Below, in pieces: positions 8,236-17,110 of a DNA stretch of 64,000 nucleotides. Numbering within the stretch: position 1 is the first letter of the stretch; each line of letters starts with the position of its first letter. Source of the stretch: Gemmatimonadales bacterium (GTDB taxonomy: Bacteria > Gemmatimonadota > Gemmatimonadetes > Gemmatimonadales > Gemmatimonadaceae). The notes beneath the pieces are model-generated. The model was not told the DNA's origin, did no database searches, and saw nothing but the letters and a program-made list of their open reading frames with translations. A program made the position numbers and the translations under genes. The stretch covers positions 2,905 to 66,904 of the forward strand of contig JBBROY010000019.1 of assembly GCA_038228795.1 (NCBI GenBank). The letters run 5' to 3'.

Positions 8236-10569
8236 ATGGTGGAGCGCCGGCTGATCGTGGTCGAGGGCATGGTGCAGGGCGTCGGCTTTCGGCCGTTCGT
8301 GCACGGACTGGCGAACGCGCTCGAGCTCCGTGGATCGGTGCGCAACGCGCCCGCTGGAGTTCTGGTCGACGTCGAGGGTGAGACCGACGCGATCGACCGT
8401 TTTCTCCAGCGGCTGACGACCGACTCGCCTCCACTCGCCGCCATCCACGACGTCGATGTGCGCGGCGCGCCATTGGCCGCTCAGCGCGGATTCACCGTCG
8501 CGGCAAGTGCGACCGGCGGCGCGCGGGCGACACATATTCCGCCCGACATCGCGTCGTGCGACGCGTGCGTGGCCGAACTGTTTGACCCGGCCGACCGCCG
8601 GCATCGTTATCCGTTCATTACCTGCGCGCACTGCGGACCGCGCTTCACGATCGTCACCGATCTGCCCTACGATCGGCCGCGCACCACCATGGCGTCCTTT
8701 CCAATGTGCGACGCATGTCGCGCCGAGTATGAGAATCCGCGCGACCGACGCTTTCACGCGCAGGCGATCGCTTGCTGGGGCTGCGGTCCGTCGCTCAGCC
8801 TGACGGTCGCCGGGTCGCGCGAAACAAGCGCGACGGGCGAGGTCGCGATGAGCGAGGCGGTCACCGCCCTGCGCCGCGGCCGCATCGTCGCCGTGAAGGG
8901 GCTTGGCGGCTATCACCTCGCCTGCAATGCGTCGTCGTCCGCCGCGGTCGCCCGGCTTCGATCGCGCAAGCATCGCGAGGCGAAGCCCTTCGCGATCATG
9001 GTGCGCGATCTCGCGGCCGCCCGAACGCTGTGCGCCGTCAGCGATGCGGAAGCGGCGCTGCTGCAGTCACCCGCTCGTCCGATCGTATTGCTCTTTAAGC
9101 GCGCGGGTTCGAACGATGTCGTGGACGACGTCGCACCGACGCTCCGCCAGTTCGGCGTCATGCTTCCGTACACGCCGCTGCATCATCTGCTGCTGATGGC
9201 GCTCGACGCGCCACTCGTCATGACTAGCGGCAATCTGCGTGACGAACCGATCGCGATCGATGACGATGACGCGCGCTTCCGACTCGAAGGCGTTGCGGAC
9301 CTATTTCTCTCGCACGACCGGCCTATCGCCGCGCGATGCGACGACAGCGTGGCGCGCATCGTGAACGGCCGGCCGGCGATCCTCCGCCGGTCGCGCGGCT
9401 ACGCACCGCAACCGATTGCCCTATCCCTCTCGCTCGTCGCGCCGACCCTCGCCGTTGGCGGGCAGCTCAAGAACAGCTTTAGCATCGGCGACGGAAAGCG
9501 CGCGTGGCCTTCGCAACACATCGGTGACCTCGCCCACACCGACACCTCACGCGCCCTGCACGATGGCATCGATCACTTCACGCGGCTGCTCGGCGTTCGG
9601 CCTCGGGTAATCGCGCACGATTTGCACCCCGACTATCGCTCGACTCGCATCGCCGAGTCGCTGGCGCCGGAATTGGGCGCGAGGCTCATCGCGGTTCAAC
9701 ATCATCACGCGCATGTCGCGGCGTGCATGGCCGAGCACGGTGTGGCGAGCGCGACGATCGGCATCGTGTTCGATGGCGCCGGACTCGGCACCGATGGCGC
9801 GATTTGGGGCGGCGAGTTCATGCTCGTGGAGCTTGGCGAGCGCGCGAGATGCGAGCGACTCGGGTCGCTGCGCTATGTCCCGCTTCCGGGCGGCGACGCG
9901 GCGGCTCGCTCGCCGTGGCGTTCGGCCTGCGCTCATGCCTGGGCCGCCCACGGCGGTGATGCGAGCGGACTCGAGCGACACGCGGCTCTTTCAACCAGCG
10001 ATGGCATCGACGCCGTCGCCTACCGCGCCGTCGCGCAGATGATCCAGCGCGATGTCTCGTGTCCGCGCACGTCCAGCATCGGCCGGCTGTTCGACGCAGC
10101 CGCATCGCTCGCCGGCCTGCGCCACATCTCGCGATTCGAAGGCGACGCCGCGATGGAGCTCGAGGCAATCGCCGACCGCTCGACGACGAGAAGCTATCCG
10201 GTCGACGTTGCCGCGTCGGGCGCGTCGTGGGTGATCGATCCGGCCGCGATCGTTCGCGGGATCATGGACGACGTCGAGCACGGGCGCTCCACCTCCGAGA
10301 TTGCTGGAGCGTTCCACAACGCAATACGGGACCTGGTGGTCGCCGGCGCGGAGGAAGCGCGCCGGGCGACGGGCATCACGCGTGTCGCGCTGTCTGGAGG
10401 CGTTTTTCAGAACGCGCTACTCGCGGAACGCGGCGCCGACGCGCTGCGCGCGCGAGGCTTTGAGGTTCTGTTGCATCGCGTCGTGCCCTGCAACGACGGC
10501 GGCCTCGCGCTCGGTCAGCTCGTGATCGCGGGAACGTCGGACCCTGCGCGGGAGGCCGCATGTGCCTAG
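8236..10569 (+). CDS. hypF: [NiFe]-hydrogenase maturation carbamoyltransferase HypF
   Basis: Acylphosphatase domain VEGMVQGVGFRPFV. Two zinc-finger pairs (CDACVAEL...CAHCGPRF; CDACRAEY...CWGCGP). YrdC-like VAVKGLGGYHLACNA. Kae1-like C-terminal domain. In-frame upstream start at 8176 is possible. Confidence 0.95.
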   Translation: MVERRLIVVEGMVQGVGFRPFVHGLANALELRGSVRNAPAGVLVDVEGETDAIDRFLQRLTTDSPPLAAIHDVDVRGAPLAAQRGFTVAASATGGARATHIPPDIASCDACVAELFDPADRRHRYPFITCAHCGPRFTIVTDLPYDRPRTTMASFPMCDACRAEYENPRDRRFHAQAIACWGCGPSLSLTVAGSRETSATGEVAMSEAVTALRRGRIVAVKGLGGYHLACNASSSAAVARLRSRKHREAKPFAIMVRDLAAARTLCAVSDAEAALLQSPARPIVLLFKRAGSNDVVDDVAPTLRQFGVMLPYTPLHHLLLMALDAPLVMTSGNLRDEPIAIDDDDARFRLEGVADLFLSHDRPIAARCDDSVARIVNGRPAILRRSRGYAPQPIALSLSLVAPTLAVGGQLKNSFSIGDGKRAWPSQHIGDLAHTDTSRALHDGIDHFTRLLGVRPRVIAHDLHPDYRSTRIAESLAPELGARLIAVQHHHAHVAACMAEHGVASATIGIVFDGAGLGTDGAIWGGEFMLVELGERARCERLGSLRYVPLPGGDAAARSPWRSACAHAWAAHGGDASGLERHAALSTSDGIDAVAYRAVAQMIQRDVSCPRTSSIGRLFDAAASLAGLRHISRFEGDAAMELEAIADRSTTRSYPVDVAASGASWVIDPAAIVRGIMDDVEHGRSTSEIAGAFHNAIRDLVVAGAEEARRATGITRVALSGGVFQNALLAERGADALRARGFEVLLHRVVPCNDGGLALGQLVIAGTSDPAREAACA

Positions 10570-10832
10570 GCATTCCGGCGCGGGTGATCGAGTTCGTCGA
10601 CGAGGGCCGGCATCTGGCGAAAGTCGACGTGTCCGGCGTACGACGCGTCGTCAACGTGGGCCTGGTGCTGCCCGACGGGCTCGAGATCGGCGATTGGGTG
10701 TTGCTCCACGTCGGCTTCGCGTTGAGCAAGATCGACGAGGAGGAGGCGCAGCGCACGATCGATTTCCTCAAGGAGCTCGACGGCGAATACGAGCAGGAGA
10801 TCGAGCAGTTGAAGGAGACGCGCATCCAATGA
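10560..10832 (+). CDS. hypC: HypC/HybG/HupF-family hydrogenase chaperone (canonical)
   Basis: N-terminal MCLGIPARVIEF with the essential Cys2. 90 aa. Overlaps the hypF end by 10 nt. Confidence 0.9.
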   Translation: MCLGIPARVIEFVDEGRHLAKVDVSGVRRVVNVGLVLPDGLEIGDWVLLHVGFALSKIDEEEAQRTIDFLKELDGEYEQEIEQLKETRIQ

Positions 10833-11386
10833 GTGCCGTGGTCACGGAGATTCATCCTCACGCACATCTGGCGGCGTTGGCGGAGCGCCGCGTGGAAGCG
10901 GGCGCCGAGGCGGCGACACGCTTCTTCGACGAGGCGGCCGACCGGATCGCCGACGCCTGCTCCGCGATGGCGCGGCGCTTTCAGGGGGGCGCTCGGCTAT
11001 TCGTATTCGGCACGCCGGCGACGGCGAGCGATGCGCACCATGTGGCCGTCGAGTTCGTGCACCCCGTGCTCGTCGGGAAGCGGGCGTTGCCCGCGATTGC
11101 GCTCGACGGCGACGTAGGCGCGGCGCTCGCCACGCTGGCGCGCGCCAATGACATCGCGATCGGCCTGAGCACCGCGCCCGATTCGGCGGTGGACGATGCG
11201 CTCTCGCTCGCGCGCGCGGCGGGCCTGCTCACCATAGGGATCTCGGGCGGCGGCGCGGCGGGCGGCGCGCTGGCGTTCGTCGTTCCGTCGAGCGACGCGA
11301 TGATCGTGCAGGAGGTGCAGGAGACGCTGTACCACGTGTTGTGGGAGCTGGTGCACGTCTCCCTCGACGGGAGCGAGACACGATGA
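10829..11386 (+). CDS. SIS-domain protein, divergent GmhA-like (paralogue 1)
   Basis: VFGTPATASDAHHVAVEFVHP...LPAIAL...IGLSTAPDS...IGISGG...VQETLYHVLWELV follows the GmhA/SIS scaffold, but the GNGGS loop is degenerate. ATGA overlaps at both ends. Confidence 0.7.
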   Translation: MSAVVTEIHPHAHLAALAERRVEAGAEAATRFFDEAADRIADACSAMARRFQGGARLFVFGTPATASDAHHVAVEFVHPVLVGKRALPAIALDGDVGAALATLARANDIAIGLSTAPDSAVDDALSLARAAGLLTIGISGGGAAGGALAFVVPSSDAMIVQEVQETLYHVLWELVHVSLDGSETR

Positions 11387-11619
11387 GCGACTGCACGCCC
11401 GACGCAACGGGACATTGCTCGCTCTGCGGCGACGACGCGATCGAGGTGATGATCGTCAGTGTCGACCGTGCCGCGCGGCTCGCGACGGCGCGCGTGAACG
11501 GCGCGCTGGCGACGGTTGCGCTCGATCTGGTCGACGGCGTGAGCGAAGGCGACATGGTGCTCGTGCATCAAGGCTTTGCGATCGACAGGGTCGAGCGGCA
11601 CAGCGGAGGCGCGCAATGA
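11383..11619 (+). CDS. HypC-family paralogue with a Cys-rich N-terminal extension
   Basis: MSDCTPDATGHCSLCGDDAIEVMIVSVD...GDMVLVHQGFAIDRV has a HypC-like beta-barrel core. The Cys is not at position 2. ATGA overlaps at both ends. Confidence 0.65.
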   Translation: MSDCTPDATGHCSLCGDDAIEVMIVSVDRAARLATARVNGALATVALDLVDGVSEGDMVLVHQGFAIDRVERHSGGAQ

Positions 11620-12311
11620 CGAAGGAGCGCGACTTCGGCCGCGAGATGTATCCGTTCCTACACGCGCGCGACACGACGGCGTCCGCACCGCGCGCGGATG
11701 CCGAGCGGCGCGACGCCGTGCGGGAGTCGACGCGCGAGAAATGCCGTGACGCTATCGCCGTGCGTCGTCAATTGGTTTCCGAGTATCGCGATCAGTTCGC
11801 CGAGACGGCGATCGCGATGGCCGGCGCCTTTGCGCGGGGCGGCAAGCTGCTCGCCTTTGGCAATGGCGGGAGCGCGACGGACGCCGAGGACGCGGCATCC
11901 GATTGCCTGGCGCCTCCGATGGCGGGATGGCGACCGCTGCCGGCGATCTCGCTCACCGGCGACAGCGCGGTCGTCACCGCGATCGCCAACGATGTCGGCG
12001 TGGAGCACATCTTTACGCGCCAACTGATCGCGTTCGGCCAGCGCGGCGACATTGCCCTCGGCTTCTCGACCAGCGGAGGCTCGCCGAACGTGATCTCGGC
12101 GATGAAAGAGGGGAAGCGTCGCGGTCTGATCACCGTCGCGCTCACTGGCGGCGACGGCGGCGCGCTCGCTCGCTCGAGCGATGTCGTCGACTTCTGCTTC
12201 GTGGCGCGGCTCGAGTACATCCCGCGAATTCAAGAAGGGCATGCGACGGCCTGGCACATCCTCCTCGAGCTCGTCCACGCGGTGCTGTCGAGCGGAGAGG
12301 CGGCCGCATGA
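11616..12311 (+). CDS. SIS-domain protein, GmhA (phosphoheptose isomerase)-like (paralogue 2)
   Basis: LLAFGNGGSATDAEDAASD...LPAISLTGDSAVVTAIANDVG...GFSTSGGSPNV...ALTGGDGG...IPRIQEGH follows the GmhA motif series closely. Confidence 0.8.
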   Translation: MTKERDFGREMYPFLHARDTTASAPRADAERRDAVRESTREKCRDAIAVRRQLVSEYRDQFAETAIAMAGAFARGGKLLAFGNGGSATDAEDAASDCLAPPMAGWRPLPAISLTGDSAVVTAIANDVGVEHIFTRQLIAFGQRGDIALGFSTSGGSPNVISAMKEGKRRGLITVALTGGDGGALARSSDVVDFCFVARLEYIPRIQEGHATAWHILLELVHAVLSSGEAAA

Positions 12312-13447
12312 CACTGCGCCACGTGGATGAGTACCGGCGCCCTGAGGACATCCGGCATCTCACCGCCGAGATCGAGCGACTCGCGCGCGGCCGCGAGATC
12401 AAGGTAATGGAGGTCTGCGGCGGCCATACGCACGCGATCTACAAGCACGGACTGCAGGATTTATTGCCGCCGAACGTCGAGCTGGTGCACGGGCCGGGTT
12501 GTCCGGTGTGCGTGATCCCGATGGGCCGCTTGGACGACGCCATGGCCATCGCGCGGACCCCCGGCGTGATCTTCACCACGTTCGGCGACATGATGCGCGT
12601 GCCGAGCTCGCGCGGCAGCTTGCTCGATGCGAAGGCCGAGGGGGCGGACGTGCGATTCGTCTATTCGCCGCTCGATGCGCTGCGGTTGGCGCGCGAGACA
12701 CCCGATCAGCACGTGGTCTTCTTCGCTGTCGGGTTCGAAACGACCGCGCCGTCCACCGCCGCCACGCTGCTCCGCGCGCGCGAAGAAGGGATCGAGAACT
12801 TCTCCGTCTTCTGCAACCACGTGACGATCGTGCCGGCGATCAAAGCCATTCTCGATTCGCCCGGGATGCAGCTTGATGGCTTCATCGGGCCCGGACACGT
12901 GTGCACCATCATCGGACTCGCGCCCTTCCAGTTCATCGCGAGCGACTATCGGCGCCCGATCGTGGTGTCGGGCTTCGAGCCGGCCGACGTACTTCAGTCG
13001 GTCGTGATGCTGCTCGAGCAGCTCAAACTCGGCGAGGCGCGGGTGGAAAATCAGTACGCGCGCGTCGTGCGCCCGGCGGGCAATCGGCGCGCCATGGAAA
13101 TCCTGCTCGAGACGATGGAGCTGCGGCCCTACTTCGAGTGGCGCGGGCTCGGCTTCATCAATCACAGCGCGCTCAAGCTCAGGCCCGAGTTCGAGGCGTG
13201 GGACGCCGAAGCACGATTCGCCGTGCCAGGCGTGCGCGTGACCGATCCTAAGGCATGCCAGTGCGGCGAAGTACTCAAGGGCGTATTGAAGCCGTGGCAA
13301 TGCCGGGTGTTCGGCAGCGCCTGCACACCGGAAACGCCCATCGGCTCGTGCATGGTGTCGCCCGAGGGCGCGTGCGCCGCGTACTTCAACTATGGCCGCT
13401 ATTCACTGCAGAAGAGCGCGCGGCAAGTGGCGGGGGCGTCGTCGTGA
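12308..13447 (+). CDS. hypD: Hydrogenase maturation Fe-S protein HypD
   Basis: MEVCGGHTH, HGPGCPVCV, GFETTAPS and GPGHV motifs. ATGA overlap with the upstream gene. Confidence 0.95.
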   Translation: MTLRHVDEYRRPEDIRHLTAEIERLARGREIKVMEVCGGHTHAIYKHGLQDLLPPNVELVHGPGCPVCVIPMGRLDDAMAIARTPGVIFTTFGDMMRVPSSRGSLLDAKAEGADVRFVYSPLDALRLARETPDQHVVFFAVGFETTAPSTAATLLRAREEGIENFSVFCNHVTIVPAIKAILDSPGMQLDGFIGPGHVCTIIGLAPFQFIASDYRRPIVVSGFEPADVLQSVVMLLEQLKLGEARVENQYARVVRPAGNRRAMEILLETMELRPYFEWRGLGFINHSALKLRPEFEAWDAEARFAVPGVRVTDPKACQCGEVLKGVLKPWQCRVFGSACTPETPIGSCMVSPEGACAAYFNYGRYSLQKSARQVAGASS

Positions 13448-14538
13448 CGGCGCGCGTCGAGTCATCACTCCCCGCGCAGCTCGAGCGGATGGCGCGCGCG
13501 CACGACGCGCGCAAGACCCGTCACGTGCTCAAGGACGAGCGCGTGACCCTGAGCCACGGCGCGGGCGGAAAGGCGAGCCATCAGCTGCTCGAGGGACTGG
13601 TCTTCCCCGCCCTGGCGAGCGGTGCGCTCCTGGCGCAGGACGACGCCGCGGTGCTGGCCATCGGCGACCTGCGGCTTGCCTTCACGACGGATTCCTACGT
13701 CGTCAGTCCGATTTTTTTCCCGGGCGGCGACATCGGCTCGCTGGCCGTGCACGGCACGGTGAACGATTTGGCGATGCAGGGCGCGCGACCGCTCGCGCTT
13801 TCAGTCGCGCTCGTGCTCGAGGAAGGCTTCGAGACCGCGGAGCTCAGACGCGTGCTCGAGTCCATGGCCACGGCGGCGCGCGCCACCAGCGTCGAGATCG
13901 TCACCGGCGACACGAAGGTCGTGCCACGGGGCAAGGCGGACCGGATCTTCATCACCACCGCCGGCGTGGGCATCATTGCGGGCGCCGTGAATTTGTCCGT
14001 GCGCAACGCGCGCCCCGGCGATCGCGTGATCCTGAGCGGCGCGATCGGCGATCACGGCATAGCGGTCATGCTCGCGCGTGAGGCACTGGAGCTGGAGTCG
14101 GAAATTCGGAGCGACTCGGCGCCACTCTCTGGCCTCGTGGTGACGCTCCTGGCCGCGGCGCCCGGTACGCGCGCGCTCAAGGATCCCACGCGCGGCGGCG
14201 TCGCAACGGCCCTGAACGAGATTGCCGAGCAAGCGGGCGTCGGCATTGCGATTGATGAGGATCGCGTTCTGGTGCACGATGCGGTGCGCGGTGCCTGCGA
14301 AATCTTGGGCCTCGATCCGATGCACATTGCGAACGAAGGCAAGCTGATCGCGATTGTGCCGCCGGACCAAGCGGAGGCGGCTCTCGCGGCGATGCGCTCG
14401 CACTCGTTAGGCAGCGAAGCAGCAATCATCGGCGAAGTGACCGATGAGCACGACGGAATGGTAGTGGTGCGCACGGGCATCGGCGGCTCGCGCGTGCTCG
14501 ACATGCTGGTCGGCGACCCGCTGCCCCGCATCTGCTAG
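13444..14538 (+). CDS. hypE: Hydrogenase maturation carbamoyl dehydratase HypE
   Basis: LSHGAGGKAS N-terminal motif, PurM-like fold motifs, C-terminal PLPRIC. GTG start overlaps the hypD stop (GTGA); ATG at 13489 is an alternative. Confidence 0.93.
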   Translation: MTARVESSLPAQLERMARAHDARKTRHVLKDERVTLSHGAGGKASHQLLEGLVFPALASGALLAQDDAAVLAIGDLRLAFTTDSYVVSPIFFPGGDIGSLAVHGTVNDLAMQGARPLALSVALVLEEGFETAELRRVLESMATAARATSVEIVTGDTKVVPRGKADRIFITTAGVGIIAGAVNLSVRNARPGDRVILSGAIGDHGIAVMLAREALELESEIRSDSAPLSGLVVTLLAAAPGTRALKDPTRGGVATALNEIAEQAGVGIAIDEDRVLVHDAVRGACEILGLDPMHIANEGKLIAIVPPDQAEAALAAMRSHSLGSEAAIIGEVTDEHDGMVVVRTGIGGSRVLDMLVGDPLPRIC

Positions 14539-14558
14539 AAGTCCACGAGGAGAAGAGA

Positions 14559-15851
14559 ATGGCGACGGCGACAGAGCCAGGCAACATCAGGGGCGGACAA
14601 CCCCCGATCCCCGAGACGATGCCCGAGGAAAAGGCACAGCGGCTTCCACTCGGCCCGCTCAAGACGGTGCACGTCTTCTGGATGGCCGGGATGAGCTGCG
14701 ACGGTTGCACGATCACCGTGGCGGGCGCGACCAATCCCGGTATCGAAGGGCTGCTCACGGGTACCGTGCCCGCCATGCCGAAGGTGATCCTGCACCACCC
14801 GGTCCTTTCAGTGGAAGCGGGCGCCGAGTTCATGCAGTCGTTCAAGGACGCCTACGCTGGCACGCTCGCTGATCCGTACGTCGTCGTGTTCGAGGGCTCG
14901 GTGCCAGACGAACGCATCGCCGCGCGCACCGGAGGCTACTGGTCGGCGATGGGCTCCGAGGCGATCGAGGGCGGGAGCGGCGAGACGCATCTCGTGCCGA
15001 CCGCGGAATGGTTGCACCGTCTCGCGCCCGGCGCCGCGGCGACGATCGCCATCGGCACCTGCGCGACGTGGGGCGGCATCCCGTCGGCCGAAGGGAATCC
15101 CACCGGCGCGATGAGCGTGATGGATTTTCTCGGCAAGCAGTATCGCTCCGCGTTCGGCCTTCCGGTCATCAACATTCCTGGCTGCGCGCCGCAGGGCGAC
15201 AATTTCACCGAGACGGTGTTTGCCGTCCTCCTCTTCCTGCAGGGACTCGGCCCTCTGCCCGCCTTCGATGAGCTTGGCCGCCCGTCGTGGCTGTACGGCG
15301 AAACCGTACATCGCGGATGTACGCGCGCTGGCTACTACGAGGAGGGCGTCTTCGCGCATGAGTACGGCGAGAAGGAATGTCTGGTGGAGATCGGCTGCTG
15401 GGGTCCGGTGGTGAATTGCAACATCGTGAAGCGTGGCGCGATCAACCACATGGGCGGATGCATGGAAGCGGGCGGCATCTGCATCGCCTGCACGATGCCC
15501 GGCTTCCCCGACAAATTCTCGCCGTTCTACAAGGCGCCGCCGGGCGGCATTGTGTCGACGGCTCTGTCGTACAGCGTGGGCAGCGTGATTCGCCGCCTGC
15601 GGCGACTCAGCAACCGCCACGCAAGCCGCGAGCATCGGTGGGATGTCAACAATGATGTGCCGAGCGGGTGGGCCAACCTGCCGGGTGAAACGATCGGCCT
15701 CAAGACGATGGAGTTCTTCTACCAGAAGTGGCAGCATTGGGGCGCGAGAAAACCCGGGCGCCGCCCCGGAGAGGAAGCCCGCTTGTGGGGCGGCAATCGT
15801 CCCGGCAAGCCGAGTGACTACATCGACGACAGCGTGTCGGAGGGCAAATGA
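14559..15851 (+). CDS. [NiFe]-hydrogenase small subunit (no Tat signal, no C-terminal anchor helix)
   Basis: FWMAGMSCDGC, IAIGTCATWGGIPSAEGNPTGA, INIPGCAPQGDN and HRGCTRAGYY...GCWGPVVNC...CIACTMPGFPDKF are the cluster-ligand motifs. AGGAG-like RBS lies upstream. Confidence 0.93.
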   Translation: MATATEPGNIRGGQPPIPETMPEEKAQRLPLGPLKTVHVFWMAGMSCDGCTITVAGATNPGIEGLLTGTVPAMPKVILHHPVLSVEAGAEFMQSFKDAYAGTLADPYVVVFEGSVPDERIAARTGGYWSAMGSEAIEGGSGETHLVPTAEWLHRLAPGAAATIAIGTCATWGGIPSAEGNPTGAMSVMDFLGKQYRSAFGLPVINIPGCAPQGDNFTETVFAVLLFLQGLGPLPAFDELGRPSWLYGETVHRGCTRAGYYEEGVFAHEYGEKECLVEIGCWGPVVNCNIVKRGAINHMGGCMEAGGICIACTMPGFPDKFSPFYKAPPGGIVSTALSYSVGSVIRRLRRLSNRHASREHRWDVNNDVPSGWANLPGETIGLKTMEFFYQKWQHWGARKPGRRPGEEARLWGGNRPGKPSDYIDDSVSEGK

Positions 15852-16141
15852 CCGACGCAGAGCTGTGGGCGTCGTGGCGGCTCTGGATGGGCGTGGCGGC
15901 ACTGATCATCGTGATCGCCGCCGTGCTCCTCATCCTCATCTGGCGCACCGCGCGGGGCATTTACACCGAGGCGCTTCGCGCGCTCGCCGCGGCGGAACGC
16001 ATTCGGCAGAACACGATGCCGATCTGGGCGCTCGAGACGACGAACGAAGTCGCGGGCGGTCTCCTCGAGACGGTCCAGCAGATCGAACAGAAGGGCGGCG
16101 CGCTCGCCGCGGCGCTCGAGTCACACGCTGGCGCACACTGA
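15848..16141 (+). CDS. Hydrogenase-associated single-pass membrane mini-protein, paralogue 1 (97 aa)
   Basis: ATGA overlap with the small-subunit stop. Helix WRLWMGVAALIIVIAAVLLILIW, then RTARGI...RIRQNTMPIWAL. Confidence 0.7.
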   Translation: MTDAELWASWRLWMGVAALIIVIAAVLLILIWRTARGIYTEALRALAAAERIRQNTMPIWALETTNEVAGGLLETVQQIEQKGGALAAALESHAGAH

Positions 16142-16154
16142 CGGAGATCAGACC

Positions 16155-16487
16155 ATGCAACAACCATCGGCCGAGGCGGTCCGCACTATCTGGACGCTTT
16201 CTCTCGTTGTCTTCACCGTCGTGCTCGTCGTCGTCGCGGTGCTGCTCACGTTGATCCTGCGCACGGCGCGCGACATCAAAGGGGGCGTGAGCTTGATCTG
16301 GAACGTGGGACAGCGCATCGCCAACAACACCATACATCTGGCGCTGCTCGCGAAGACCAACGCCGGCGCCACGGCGATCCTCAACTCCGCCATCGGCGTC
16401 ATTGGCGCGACATCGGCCGTACAAGCCCACGCCGAGCAGTGTGCCGGGTGTCCGGCGTGCGTTCTCGGGCCGGGGTGGTCGCGATGA
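16155..16487 (+). CDS. Hydrogenase-associated single-pass membrane mini-protein, paralogue 2 (110 aa) with a C-terminal CxxCxxC
   Basis: GGAG RBS lies 9 nt upstream. Helix IWTLSLVVFTVVLVVVAVLLTLIL, then RTARDI...RIANNTIHLALL. Tail is HAEQCAGCPAC. Confidence 0.7.
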   Translation: MQQPSAEAVRTIWTLSLVVFTVVLVVVAVLLTLILRTARDIKGGVSLIWNVGQRIANNTIHLALLAKTNAGATAILNSAIGVIGATSAVQAHAEQCAGCPACVLGPGWSR

Positions 16488-16801
16488 ATCCGTTCACATT
16501 GTTGGCGCTGCTCTCGCTCGTTGGCGCGGCGGCGCTCTTCATCGCGCTGCTGCTCTTTCTGAACTTGATCACCACTGAGCTGGAGAAGATCGGCGGCGAA
16601 GAGAAGGGGTACGGCGTGCGGGCCAGCTTTCTCTCGAAGATTCGCGTCGGCGTTCGCGCGATCGAGACGCAGACGGGCGCGATCGCTCCGCAGGTGACGA
16701 AGCTCAACGGCACGCTCACGCAGGTGCGCGACGGGCTCGTCGCGATCGACAAGAACCTCGCGGGCGTGATTGCCGCCGTCGTGCGACAGGAGACGACATG
16801 A
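16484..16801 (+). CDS. Hydrogenase-associated single-pass membrane mini-protein, paralogue 3 (105 aa)
   Basis: ATGA overlaps at both ends. Helix FTLLALLSLVGAAALFIALLLFLNLI, then AIETQTGAIAPQVTKLNGTL. Confidence 0.7.
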   Translation: MNPFTLLALLSLVGAAALFIALLLFLNLITTELEKIGGEEKGYGVRASFLSKIRVGVRAIETQTGAIAPQVTKLNGTLTQVRDGLVAIDKNLAGVIAAVVRQETT

Positions 16802-17100
16802 GCGCCGATCTCATGCCCGGCTCGGTCTACATCATCTGGTGGATCGGACTGATCGTCACGCTGGTGATTTTCGTGCCGCTCTCGGTCTATCTGCTGCACC
16901 GCACCTGGGTCGCCGCGCGCTCCATCCAGCAATACGCCGCCGAGACACTGACGGCGGCCGCCGGCATCGCGGGCAACACCCAACACATTCCCGCGCTCGA
17001 CGCGACGATTTCGGTCGGCGGCTCCATGGTCGCCGTCGCCGGAGAGATCGCCGCCAAACTCGAAGCCGCCGGCGGTGTGCTCGCCGACCGCGCGAAGTGA
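16798..17100 (+). CDS. Hydrogenase-associated single-pass membrane mini-protein, paralogue 4 (100 aa)
   Basis: ATGA overlap. Helix VYIIWWIGLIVTLVIFVPLSVYLL, then HRTWVAARSI...GIAGNTQHIPAL. Confidence 0.7.
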   Translation: MSADLMPGSVYIIWWIGLIVTLVIFVPLSVYLLHRTWVAARSIQQYAAETLTAAAGIAGNTQHIPALDATISVGGSMVAVAGEIAAKLEAAGGVLADRAK

Positions 17101-17110
17101 GGACACACCC

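Noticed and set aside
13255-13443. Upstream in-frame extensions of real genes in the ORF track: hypE from 13255, hypF from 8176, M16 from 51452, CooC from 21603, SIS from 10562 and 11415, hypD from 11903.
   Set aside because: The extensions overlap the preceding, well-supported genes and are Arg-rich. Internal starts that create ATGA/GTGA junctions coincide with the beginning of family homology.
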